From the IMG/VR virus record IMGVR_UViG_3300005264_000002, positions 12,087-76,086 of that record: DNA of 64,000 nucleotides. One strand, written 5' to 3'. Each line of letters starts with the position of its first letter. The first letter of the stretch is position 1. This document shows positions 10,139-20,200 of this stretch, piece after piece. Source of the DNA: a virus. The position numbers were made by a program, and so were the translations under genes. The notes beneath the pieces are model-generated. The model was not told where the DNA came from. It made no database searches and worked only from the letters and a program-made list of their open reading frames with translations.

Positions 10139-10825
10139 ATGAGTAAAATAATTCATAATCTATTAGAAGAATCAAAAACCTATGGAGGAATGATTATTCC
10201 AGCTAGTGAAAGTTATCTAATATCTGAAGAAGAGCTTAGAGGTTTTCAAAATGATATTAATCTTCATAATGCTATTAATGCAGAAATAGCTGAAGTAGTT
10301 TTAGAGGACTCAAATGCTCCAGGTATTTTTCTTTCTGGAGTAAATGGTATCCGATTTTTGTTATCAAATATGGTTATAATTACAGAGACTCCAGCAGCCT
10401 ATCCTTTTAAGAAAAAATGTTTAGAGTCTGGAAATAAACTTTTTAGAAGAAAACATGGAATTAAAGAAACTATTCCAGCAAATAGCTCAGAAACCCTTTC
10501 CATTATTGTTCCTTATAATAATTGTAAGATTGATGAATTAGAAATCGTTAATGGGAAAATTGGGGATACTGTTGATTTAAAAGTTTATGATACTCCTGAA
10601 GGACTTATCCAAATGAGCATGGGAGTCCCTCCAGAACAGATTATTCCTTCAAAAATGCTTAATCAATTTGGATTTGGAGCAAATATCTGCGAAGGTTACT
10701 ATAAAGATAAGTCTGACTATGATGCGGATTTAATTAAAGACTTAAAAGTTGAAGTAACTTATTATAATAATGGTGATTCAGATTTAGTAATTGGAGCTAA
10801 CTTTATACTCCATCAAATAGTATAG
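10139..10825 (+). CDS. Hypothetical protein, probably virion-associated
   Basis: ORF with AAGGA SD in structural operon. Confidence 0.6.
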   Translation: MSKIIHNLLEESKTYGGMIIPASESYLISEEELRGFQNDINLHNAINAEIAEVVLEDSNAPGIFLSGVNGIRFLLSNMVIITETPAAYPFKKKCLESGNKLFRRKHGIKETIPANSSETLSIIVPYNNCKIDELEIVNGKIGDTVDLKVYDTPEGLIQMSMGVPPEQIIPSKMLNQFGFGANICEGYYKDKSDYDADLIKDLKVEVTYYNNGDSDLVIGANFILHQIV

Positions 10826-10826
10826 G

Positions 10827-11540
10827 TTGATAATGAAAGTATTAAATTTTATCATAAATATTTTAAGTAAAACTATTGGAGAATGGCATTTTCCTTGGGT
10901 TGATAAAAAATTTAACCTTAAAGATTATTTTCTGATTGAGGGCCAAATTAGAAAATTATCTTCTCCTTTTGTTGTAGGAGTAGTTAAGACTAATGGTCAT
11001 GGATCAAATTTGTTAATTAGATTCGCTCAATTATTTTCTAAAGATGCAAGAAAAAGAAAAGGTGAAATTACTCATGCATTAGCTCATATTGGAATCTATG
11101 ATGGGTATAAGCATAGAGTTGTTGAATCTTTAGGTGATGGGATAAGAGAACATTCTCTATTGGAATCTATTGGTCAAAGAGATACTGTAATTTTAAGGCG
11201 GCCAAATCCAAAATTTTTAAATCCAACATTATGCAATCATGCCATTGATTATATTAAAGAGGTGGCCAAAAGAGATGCTTTCAATAATATCGAGTATGAT
11301 AATGATCATGACTATAAAACTATCCCAATAGAAGATATTATGGATTACACTAATACTAAGAATCTAAAATTAGATTGTAGCGAGACAGTAATGCAAGCTC
11401 TTGAGCATGGTTTTAGAATGACTGGCCAAGTTAGTATAATCAAAATGGTTAAGAGAGGAGGAAAGCTTACCTGGATACCAGCAGATATACTTTTTTCTGA
11501 TCTTTTTATTACTATGTATGATTCAAGAAAGGAAAAGTAA
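10827..11540 (+). CDS. Permuted papain-like NlpC/P60 (YiiX/YaeF-like) hydrolase
   Basis: His before Cys: ITHALAHIG...VVES...YD...LDCSETV...PADI. Confidence 0.75.
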   Translation: MIMKVLNFIINILSKTIGEWHFPWVDKKFNLKDYFLIEGQIRKLSSPFVVGVVKTNGHGSNLLIRFAQLFSKDARKRKGEITHALAHIGIYDGYKHRVVESLGDGIREHSLLESIGQRDTVILRRPNPKFLNPTLCNHAIDYIKEVAKRDAFNNIEYDNDHDYKTIPIEDIMDYTNTKNLKLDCSETVMQALEHGFRMTGQVSIIKMVKRGGKLTWIPADILFSDLFITMYDSRKEK

Positions 11541-12694
11541 TGGCAGAATATCAAACACTCCTTAAACCTAATGCTTGGATAGATCCTCTTTCGTTAGCGG
11601 ATCATTTAGATATTAAGCATATAAAAATTGACGTAATAGCAAATAAAGCTGAGGTTAATATCCAGGATATTTTATGGCAAGCAATTCTTGGGGGAATTGA
11701 GGGAAATGATTATTCTGTTGAATATACAATTGGAGCTGTTGCAGGATCGGAGGTTGTTTCAACCGTTGCTAATAAGATAGTTATTCAAATTGAAGATGGA
11801 GTTTCTTTAAATAGTCAGATAAAAATAGCATTTGATGCTTTTGTTGTCGCTAATCCTTTAAGTATCGCTTCAAATATTTCTGCTAGTATCGTATCAGACC
11901 TCTCTCCTAATGGGGTTGTTGCTACGCCTTTAATTGGAGGAACTAATCCGGATTCAGAACATGCATCAACTCTTAGAAAATTAGAAAGATTTATTAATAG
12001 AGCTTGTTCCAGAATTGAGCAATATATTGATACATCAGCAATGGCCAAATGTTTCCAGGAAGATCTAGACGCAAATAATTCTAATGTTATTGTCCCTACT
12101 CATTGGCCAGTTAAAAGAATTCATGAAATTAAAATAGATTTTAATCGTCAATTTTCATCTTTTACAAAGCTTCTTCCAGAAAATTATTTCTTAAGAGGAA
12201 CTCCCGATAGAAATAGAAATGACCAGGAAGGAGAAATTTCTGAAGTAGATATGTGTACTCAAATCCTTAATGGAAGTGTTGATATAAATTTAATCGGGAA
12301 TGATATTGTTCTTAGAGATGATAATGAAAGATTTATTGTTGGAAGGATATTTGCAGGATCTTCTTTAGGTTCGATTAGAGTAACTTATGACGCTGGTTGG
12401 ATTGTTGGAAAAGAATCATCTATTGATGAGGATACTGGAACAACTGTTTTTAATTTTTCTTTTATCCCTGATGATTTGGAATATGCAGCAACTCTTCTTT
12501 GTGAATGGTGGTATTTCCAAAGAGATAGGAAAGATCTTGGGATTACTTCCAAAGGTGTTAGGGGAGAAAATTATTCCAAAATCGAAACTGGAATGCCAAG
12601 TGAAATCCAAGATATCTTAGAAGCTTATAGAGATTTTTCTTTTGGTCAACACAATACACCTCAAAGAAATATAATGCTGGATATTGATTCATGA
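11540..12694 (+). CDS. Head-tail adaptor (HK97 gp6/SPP1 gp15-like) carrying an inserted module
   Basis: LADHLDI...LERFINRACSRIEQY, IRVTYDAGW, IPDDLEYA, MPSEIQDILEAYR. Confidence 0.8.
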   Translation: MAEYQTLLKPNAWIDPLSLADHLDIKHIKIDVIANKAEVNIQDILWQAILGGIEGNDYSVEYTIGAVAGSEVVSTVANKIVIQIEDGVSLNSQIKIAFDAFVVANPLSIASNISASIVSDLSPNGVVATPLIGGTNPDSEHASTLRKLERFINRACSRIEQYIDTSAMAKCFQEDLDANNSNVIVPTHWPVKRIHEIKIDFNRQFSSFTKLLPENYFLRGTPDRNRNDQEGEISEVDMCTQILNGSVDINLIGNDIVLRDDNERFIVGRIFAGSSLGSIRVTYDAGWIVGKESSIDEDTGTTVFNFSFIPDDLEYAATLLCEWWYFQRDRKDLGITSKGVRGENYSKIETGMPSEIQDILEAYRDFSFGQHNTPQRNIMLDIDS

Positions 12695-13185
12695 AATTAA
12701 GCCTTTATACAAATGCAGATTTAGTTGTCCGTCAAATGGACAAAGATGCAGCGGCCATTAATAAGGCCATGCAATTTGCTATGTTTAGGGCCGTATCTAT
12801 TTTAGAAGCTGAGATTAAACAAAATATTAGATCAAGATCTGGTTTGCGTGTTAGGACAGGAACTCTTCTAAATTCGATTCAACATCACATATTTATCGGG
12901 AATGGGAGAGTTGAAGCAGAAATAGGTCCAAGAAATGTCCCTTATGCTGCGATTCATGAATTTGGGGGAACTATTCCTTCCAGATTTGTTAGTCCAGTAA
13001 GGAAAAAGGCCTTAAGATTTTTTGATAAAAGTGGAGTCCCAAGATTTTCAAAAGGTCATACCATTCCAGCAATTACTATTAGACCTAGACCATATATCGC
13101 TCCTGCTGTTGAAGCTACTCAAGATAAAATAGCTGAGACTTTTGGAGTATTTATTGAAGAAGCTTTAAAAATGAATGTAGGATAA
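12691..13185 (+). CDS. Tail completion/neck protein (HK97 gp10 / Mu gpG-like)
   Basis: RTGTLLNSI, YAAIHEFGG, IRPRPYIAPA motifs. Confidence 0.85.
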   Translation: MKLSLYTNADLVVRQMDKDAAAINKAMQFAMFRAVSILEAEIKQNIRSRSGLRVRTGTLLNSIQHHIFIGNGRVEAEIGPRNVPYAAIHEFGGTIPSRFVSPVRKKALRFFDKSGVPRFSKGHTIPAITIRPRPYIAPAVEATQDKIAETFGVFIEEALKMNVG

Positions 13186-13188
13186 AAT

Positions 13189-13698
13189 ATGACAAGCTTA
13201 ACACAACCAGAAGTACAAGAAATCGATAGTCAAATCTCAGGCATTAGATCTAAGCGTGGTCGAATAATGGAGGGGTTAAGATTAATTTTTGAACAATCAA
13301 TTAAAAGATCAAATGGATATACTGTTGATTTAGATGAGGCAACTTTTATAATTAGAGGTTGGCAAGATAGAACAAAAGAAACTACTCCTGTTATTTATAT
13401 TGTTGATGATAACCAGAATCGTTCAAGAAATGCTGGATGTTTAAGGAATTATGATTGGGTGATTCAGCTATATGTTCATTATCATGGTGACAATTTAATT
13501 GAATTTGAAGAATTTATTGCTGATGTTGAAGAATGTATTGATGATAATAATACTATTGCTCAACAAATTAATAAAATGGAAGTTGAAAATATTATTTCAG
13601 ATGGACAATTATTTGCTTCTGAAGATACGGCAGAACATCATTTGGCCCAAATTACTCTTGGGATAATTTACACTCGTAAAGCAAGGAATCCACGTTAA
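13189..13698 (+). CDS. Putative tail terminator
   Basis: Size and synteny between the gp10-like gene and tail tube. Confidence 0.6.
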   Translation: MTSLTQPEVQEIDSQISGIRSKRGRIMEGLRLIFEQSIKRSNGYTVDLDEATFIIRGWQDRTKETTPVIYIVDDNQNRSRNAGCLRNYDWVIQLYVHYHGDNLIEFEEFIADVEECIDDNNTIAQQINKMEVENIISDGQLFASEDTAEHHLAQITLGIIYTRKARNPR

Positions 13699-13704
13699 AA
13701 ATCA

Positions 13705-13719
13705 TTGGTGTATATATAT
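13705..13719 (+). promoter_or_regulatory. Putative late promoter (TTGGTGTATATATAT)
   Basis: Identical to 5533-5547; intergenic. Confidence 0.65.
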
Positions 13720-13760
13720 TCTGTAAACCTCATATCACTACAAAATGGGAAGGAACAGAT

Positions 13761-14372
13761 ATGTCACATTATAGATCAAATTCACACATACAAAATCGAC
13801 TACTTAAAATTGAAGATATTTTTCCTGTAAGAGTCTCTGAAGTTCTTGCCTCATTAATTGAGCAAGATTTAACTTTTACAGCAAAAGCTGGAACTGGAGA
13901 GCAAGGTAATTTAATAAATATCATTTATGTAGCTGGAGCCGTAGCTGGAGCTGAAGTTGTTACTGTTGTTGGGAATAATATCGAAGTTCAAATAGAAGAT
14001 GGTGTTTCTGATGCAACTCAAATTAAAGCTGCTCTTGATGGAGAGCCTCTTGCACTTGCTACAATCACAACTTCAATAAGTGGAGTTGGAGCAAATCCTC
14101 AGTCTGTTTTTACTCCTGCTAAGTTTCTTGCTGGTGGAGTTACAGAAATACCTGGTAAGCAAAGATCTTTTGTTTTTCGGCACTTAGCAACTGATGTAAG
14201 AGTTGATGGAAGAGAAATGACCAGTGTTGATTTTCAAGCAAATGGTGGTTTAGATATTACTTTTGATGCTGGTGGATCATCTTTTACTGTCGTTAAAGCA
14301 GATATAACAATTATTAATCGTTTAAGAACTAAGAGATATCTCGTAGATGCCTCTGCAGTTACAATAGTTTAA
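13761..14372 (+). CDS. Virion-associated protein, about half of which is the shared inserted module
   Basis: aa ~27-128 align closely with the insert in the tail tube protein. Confidence 0.7.
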   Translation: MSHYRSNSHIQNRLLKIEDIFPVRVSEVLASLIEQDLTFTAKAGTGEQGNLINIIYVAGAVAGAEVVTVVGNNIEVQIEDGVSDATQIKAALDGEPLALATITTSISGVGANPQSVFTPAKFLAGGVTEIPGKQRSFVFRHLATDVRVDGREMTSVDFQANGGLDITFDAGGSSFTVVKADITIINRLRTKRYLVDASAVTIV

Positions 14373-14381
14373 GGATAAGTC

Positions 14382-14696
14382 ATGAGTAAAGGTAAATATT
14401 TCTTAAAAACTTTAGAGAAAGCAATTTATGCAAATGAAGCTTTTCTTAATGATGAGAAAATTGAGCTTGTAAGTCCATGTTGTGATGGGAATCGAGTCGC
14501 TCATGCTGATGGGGATTTTGTTTGTGATAAAATTAAAGTAGTTCTTAAAGGCAAAAAAAGAATCGCTTATTTTTTTACAGCACCTATTCTTGATGAAGCT
14601 CCTGCTAAGGAAAAACCTGTTAAGAAAAAAACAGCTAAAAAAGTAACCAAAAAAACAGCTAAAAAAGTAACCAAAAAAACAGCTAAAAAAGTATAA
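14382..14696 (+). CDS. Small protein with histone H1-like (KKTAKKVT)n tail
   Basis: 24-nt tandem repeat at ~14625-14692. Confidence 0.7.
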   Translation: MSKGKYFLKTLEKAIYANEAFLNDEKIELVSPCCDGNRVAHADGDFVCDKIKVVLKGKKRIAYFFTAPILDEAPAKEKPVKKKTAKKVTKKTAKKVTKKTAKKV

Positions 14697-14708
14697 GGAA
14701 GGATAATT

Positions 14709-16286
14709 ATGAGAAATCTTAATTCACGTTCATTTGAAGTTTTAGGAGTTGACCAAAAAATTTGGTTGTCTCAAGAAACTGGAGGATATGGAGAGGCTGC
14801 GACAGGGGGCCTAATCCCTGATGAGACAGGAGCAATCGAACACATAACTGCTGATGTCAAATTTGATATTCCTAGAGAGGATTCTGCAGCAAGATCAGGT
14901 AGATCTTTAGTTACTCGATTGAGTGGAAAGATCAATGTAGAATTTTCTTTTGAAAGCTATATTATTCCTGGTACTCCTGATGCACTTGGGAATCCAACTT
15001 TTCCTCCTACTCATGCTTTTATTCTTTCAGCTTTTGGAGATGTTGATACGTCTAATCCTGCTGAAATCGTTTATAAGCTTTCTAGGTTAAATGATAAATC
15101 TTTCAGACTTATTGAAGAAGCAACTCATTACGCTAGGCTTACTACTGGTTGCGTAATTGATACGGTGACTTTTTCTCTCCCTGGAGATGGGAAAGCTCAA
15201 TTTAAGGCTGATGGATTTGCTCAGAATTCTTTTATAGCTGGTGAAGGTAATTTGTCTCAAGCTATAACTGGTGTTGAGCAATTGGCCCAATTAATAGAGC
15301 AAGATTTAACTTTTGATGCCAAGCCAGGTTCAGGAATTAATGGAAATCTTATCAATATTATTTATATTGCTGGTGGTGTTGCTGGATCTGAGGTTGTTAC
15401 TGTTGTTGATAATGATATTGAAGTGCAAATTGATGATGGTGTTTCCAGTGCTCTTGAAGTTAAAACTGCTTTAGATGGGAATATTGATGCAGCAGCCTTA
15501 ATTACCACAACTATAAGTGGTGTCCCTGGTGGTTCACAGTCAATATTTACTCCTGCTAAATATCTAGTAGGTGGGCTTGGAACTAATGATATCAAAGTTG
15601 GAGATGGTGAAGGCAACAGATATGAAGTTGGAGCTTTAATTGATATTATCCAAGGTGTTGATGGCAACACAATCATAGAATCTCAAAGAGAAATCACTGT
15701 TGTTTATGATATCACGAGTCCTAATGCTGATATCATAACAGTTGGTGGAGCTGCTCTTGCTGCTTCTGTAATTGGAGATTTTGTTATTGGCCATGCTCCA
15801 GAAAATTATGATCCAATAACTTCTGAAAATGCTCTTTTAGGTTTAAAGGGATCTTTTTCAGTAGCAGGATATCAACTTTCTGAATGTGAAATGATTACTG
15901 CTGAAATAGCAATAGCAAATAATTATACTAAGAAAGATTTCATTTATGGAACTAATAAAATTTGTGGATATATCCCTGATAAAAGACGTTCTGTAACTTT
16001 GAAAGTAGATGTTCTTTTGAATAAAAATAACTTCTCTTTCTATATGAGAAATAAGAAGTTTGTTGCTGAGAATGTGACTTTGACTCTTGAGCCAAATGAT
16101 ATTCCTGCTCCATCTTTCGCAAGTTCTGTGGGAAGGACTTTTGAATTTAATCTTCCAAAAGTAGAGTTTAATATTCCGTCTATTGAGAATCCTGGTGATT
16201 CTTATGTGACTCTAAGCCTTGAAGGTGTAGCTTTGGCAACATCTACAAATAGCTTAGATGATGAAATGACTCTTACCATTAAGTAA
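14709..16286 (+). CDS. Major tail (tube) protein with nested accessory insertions
   Basis: Tube-like motifs (GCVIDTVTFSLP, EIAIANN, KRRSVTLKV, FEFNLPKVEF); followed by terminator, chaperone and tape measure. Confidence 0.8.
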   Translation: MRNLNSRSFEVLGVDQKIWLSQETGGYGEAATGGLIPDETGAIEHITADVKFDIPREDSAARSGRSLVTRLSGKINVEFSFESYIIPGTPDALGNPTFPPTHAFILSAFGDVDTSNPAEIVYKLSRLNDKSFRLIEEATHYARLTTGCVIDTVTFSLPGDGKAQFKADGFAQNSFIAGEGNLSQAITGVEQLAQLIEQDLTFDAKPGSGINGNLINIIYIAGGVAGSEVVTVVDNDIEVQIDDGVSSALEVKTALDGNIDAAALITTTISGVPGGSQSIFTPAKYLVGGLGTNDIKVGDGEGNRYEVGALIDIIQGVDGNTIIESQREITVVYDITSPNADIITVGGAALAASVIGDFVIGHAPENYDPITSENALLGLKGSFSVAGYQLSECEMITAEIAIANNYTKKDFIYGTNKICGYIPDKRRSVTLKVDVLLNKNNFSFYMRNKKFVAENVTLTLEPNDIPAPSFASSVGRTFEFNLPKVEFNIPSIENPGDSYVTLSLEGVALATSTNSLDDEMTLTIK

Positions 16287-16294
16287 TTTTCTAT

Positions 16295-16323
16295 AAAAGG
16301 GGTCTAGTTTTAGGCCCCTTTTT
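16295..16323 (+). terminator. Intrinsic terminator after tail tube gene
   Basis: AAAAGGGGTCTA-gttt-TAGGCCCCTTTTT hairpin. Confidence 0.8.
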
Positions 16324-16403
16324 ATCTGTGACTCCCCGAAGTGGTATATATGTTATGAGATGGCGAACCAAAAACATATTAATCATAACTTAAGGAGTTA
16401 AAA

Positions 16404-16871
16404 ATGTCTTTGAAACGCTTAAACCCTAATTCTATTTTTAAAATTTGTTCTACTCAAGATCCTGCTATTGATAAAGAGGCAACAGGAGAAGAGAATTTAA
16501 CGAAATATTCTGAAACTCACGATATAGCTTTGCTTAAATTCGTTGAAGGGAAACTTCCTACAATTTTTCATGTAAAAAATATTTCTCCAGAAGATGAAGC
16601 TGAAATCCAAGAGGATCATTATGTTATCCAAATGCCAGATCTCGACAAATTAGAAGGCGAAAAACTTAAAAAAGCAAAACCATCAGTAAAACAGGTTAAA
16701 CAACAACAAATGTTTATGAAATATTTTAAAGCTGGAGTTAAGCATATTGAAGATGATGGGAAGATTGAACCAACATTCACTCCAGGAGAATGGCCATTGT
16801 CAATTCAACAAGAGATCGGTGGATATATTATGATCAAATCTGCTTTAGGAGCAGAAGAAAAAAAGTCTTAA
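16404..16871 (+). CDS. Tail assembly chaperone (gpG analogue)
   Basis: Lies between tube and tape measure; ends in slippery A_AAA_AAG. Confidence 0.8.
   Translation: MSLKRLNPNSIFKICSTQDPAIDKEATGEENLTKYSETHDIALLKFVEGKLPTIFHVKNISPEDEAEIQEDHYVIQMPDLDKLEGEKLKKAKPSVKQVKQQQMFMKYFKAGVKHIEDDGKIEPTFTPGEWPLSIQQEIGGYIMIKSALGAEEKKS
16859..16865 (+). promoter_or_regulatory. Programmed -1 ribosomal frameshift site (A AAA AAG)
   Basis: GAA AAA AAG TCT TAA in frame 0; the -1 frame is open to 17248; AGGAG at 16847-16851. Confidence 0.85.
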
Positions 16872-17248
16872 CTGTCATGATGGGGCTGGCATTAGATCAA
16901 AATCAAAATGTCAAATTAGATTGCTCCAATTGTGACTTGGGACTTCAAAATTTAAGGAATTGCGGTGGGAGGTTTAGAGAGAAGTCTAGATCTCCTATTA
17001 GAGTAAATGAAGAAATTTATTGGATATGTCCAAGATCTTTGATTTTTAATAGGAAGGTAGAAAGTCAACTCTTCAATCTCTATATGACTTGTAAGGACAA
17101 TAATGTTTTTCCTTATGGAGCAGAGCCGCTTAAACAAACGTCCTTTTGTTTAGATGTGTTTAAGTTTTTAGATGGAATTTTAAGTGAATATCACGCCAGA
17201 AAAGACAAAGAACACAAAGCTAAAATGGAGAAGGCCAATAAGATTTAA
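16865..17248 (+). CDS. gpT-like extension of the tail chaperone (fusion ~281 aa), Cys-rich
   Basis: The track ORF 16790..17248 is the -1 frame; contains CSNC..NC...CP. Confidence 0.75.
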   Translation, partial: VLTVMMGLALDQNQNVKLDCSNCDLGLQNLRNCGGRFREKSRSPIRVNEEIYWICPRSLIFNRKVESQLFNLYMTCKDNNVFPYGAEPLKQTSFCLDVFKFLDGILSEYHARKDKEHKAKMEKANKI

Positions 17249-17260
17249 TAGGGAAATGAG

Positions 17261-20200
17261 ATGGCAATTGAAAGGGAAATAAGTGTAAATGTTGTTGGTA
17301 CGGATGAGAATACCAGCAAAACGATACAAAAAGTATCTCAGGCTATAGCTAATCAGCTTGTTAAGGCCACTGCAGCGGCTAATGCTCAATTCAAGCAGAT
17401 GGAAACCAATACAGATAAGACTAATCAGGTTCTCCAGCAAAATCACAAAGCGGCTCAAAAAGTATCAGAACAAAATCAAATGATTGCAGAAAGTCTTGAA
17501 GAAATTAAAGGCAAAGAAGGCATCATTGCCACTATTACATCATCTATGGAAGGTCTTGTTAAAACTGGACTAGGTATAGCTGGAGCTTTTGCTGGGGTAG
17601 TCGCAATTGATAAAACCTTTATTCCTCTTAATGCAATCATGGGGAGCTTAACCAATACTATGATTGGTGCTCAAAATAGAGCTGCTGCAATGTCCACAAT
17701 GTTTAGGCAAACAGCCTCCAAGACATCAATCTTAACTCAAAAATTCAATCAACTAAAATCAAATGGCATTGATGTTATGATCAAGGGATTGAATGTTGGG
17801 AAGACAGCTCTTACCAATACAAGGGCAGTACTTCAAAATTTTACATTCTCTGCTAAAGCATCTGGAGTTATCTTAGCTGGAACCTCTAAAGCCTTTCTAT
17901 CTGCGTCTAAACATACAGAATTATTTGAAAAAGGATTGGCTGGGACTGTAGTAAGAGCATCATTGGCCGGTGCTGCTTTTAATATGTTGGGGATCAACTT
18001 ATTAAGATCAGATAGTATTTTAGGAAAAATGGCAGGAGTAACTCTAATAGCATTAGCAGCCTCTTTGGCCGGTGCTGTCTTTGTCGTTAAACAATTATTG
18101 GCCGCAGTCGGTGGATTGATTCAAAGTATCGGTGACAATTTAACCGCTGCAACTGAAAAGCAGATTGAATTATTTGCTAAGGCCGAAAAGAATACTTTTG
18201 CTTTTACTCAAACTGTTACCAGTTATGCTGAATCGGCGGAAGATGCGGCTGCTCAAACAAATATGTGGAATAGCTTTATTGCTGATACGAGTGCGGCAAC
18301 AGGAGAAACAACAGACTCTCTTCAAGCGTTAGTAGCTGAGACAGTTGCGGCGACAGAAGCAGCTCATCTTAATGAAATTCAAATGAAAGAATTAATTAAT
18401 AGAACAATTGATCTTTCAGAAAGAGCTCATAAACCAGCAATGGATACATTAGTCGCATTGATTAATGGAATGAACGGAGCTGGTCAGTCTGTTATCTCTC
18501 TTGGATTGCATATGAGCGAATCTGCTATCCAACATTCTAAGTTAAATGCAGAAGTAAAAAAGAACTTCAAAAATCTAAGCGATTCTGAAAAGGCTCAAGC
18601 TCGATTTGCTGTACTTATGGAGCAAGCAGGGAAGGCTGCTGGATTTGCTTCTAATAATGCAGATCTTTATAGTAAGTCAGTTAAGCTTCAAGAAAATGCT
18701 CAAAAAGAGCTTAATGCTGAACTTGGTAGGGGTGCAGCGATCATTAATGGCCAATATAGATTTGGTCTGGCCACAGTCACTAGAATGATGACAAATTTTA
18801 TCAAACCTATTCTTCCTGCTATTGGATTCTTAGAAGCATTAGGAGGACGGTTCCTTCAGGTTACAGGATTTATCACTAAAAATATTTTGATAGTTGGATT
18901 TGCAATTAGTACATGGAAAGCTTTCAATATTTTATTGGCCAAAGGTGTTGCTGGTGGAGTATTTGCTCAACAATTACCATTTCTAAATAAATCTATACTC
19001 CAAATTGTGGCCAGTCTTGGAGCAACTAATGCAAATTTAGGAAGTCTCAAAGGTGTTGCACAAACAACTTTTCAAATCCTTAAATCTCAATCTCTAAATG
19101 CAGTCAAATCAATGCTTGGACTTGAAGCTACTGCTAAATTAACAGCAAAAACTTTTTCTACTCAATTAGTTAAAGGATTAAAGGCTGCAGGAAAAGGTGT
19201 ATTGCAATTTGGAAAAAGACTTTTAGTATTATTAGCGAATCCTATTGTCATTAAGTTTGCCCTTATTTCTGCAGCAATCTTTTTAGTAGTTAAAGCTCTT
19301 CAGAAGATTGAAGAAAGAACAGGCATATTTTCAAAGGTATGGGAAAAATTCTCTGCTCAATTCGCTGGGTCTTCTGAGATGTTTCAACCTGTTTTAGATA
19401 TTTTGAAAAAGATAGGAGACATCTTAACGACTGTTATTGGAGCTGCAGTTAAGTTTGTCGCTGCTGCTTTATCTGTTTTTATTGGAAATATATTAAGAAC
19501 TGTTAAAGGTCTTATGTTGCTCTCAAATGTACTATCATTTATGTTGCCTGATGCAATGGTGGCCAGTGCTGAAAGTTTAGAGTCAATTAATAAGCAAATA
19601 GATGTTTTAAATAAAACAGCGAAAGATTTTGCAAAAGAAGGAGCCGCTGATCTATTAGGAATCTTTGTTTCTTCAGCAGAAGCAGCAGATGGTGCAATCC
19701 CAATGGTAAAAGATTGGACTAAAGAATTAGCCAGTGCAGCAGCCGGTGTTGGAAAAATGGAGGAAAAAGCTAAAAAGGCTTTTGAGGCAGTTAAAGATTT
19801 TACTCCTAAAATCAATATGGCCCAATTCCAAAAAGAAACAGCTCAATTTGATACCGCTCTAAAAGGATTAAAGAAAAAACTTGAAGCTCAAAAAATTGTC
19901 TTAATCAAAGCAGGAGCAAATGAAGAAGAGATTAAAACAGTAGAAACTAGGATTTCCCAGACAACAGAAGCAATTAAAGGACTTCAACTAAGATCTGCTA
20001 AAGAAATTCGATCTGCAAGACTTAAAATTGTAGAAACTGAATTAACATCTAGAAAAAATAAAATTTTTACTGTTGAGCAAGAAATTAAACAAATGAGACT
20101 TGATTTTGCTAATGAAACTAGATCACAAGCTATCGAAATTGAGACTCAAAGGATATTAGAGCAAAGGAATCTCGCAACAGATGCAGCCAAGGAAGGGATA

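Noticed and set aside
13839-15581. Similar DNA segments as a DGR template/variable repeat pair
   Set aside because: Differences are not adenine-specific, both copies are coding and internal, and no reverse transcriptase is present in the window
14709-16286. Contractile tail sheath call
   Set aside because: Sheath-like similarity is limited to the inserted module; the flanks look like a tube protein, and no separate tube or baseplate wedge genes are evident
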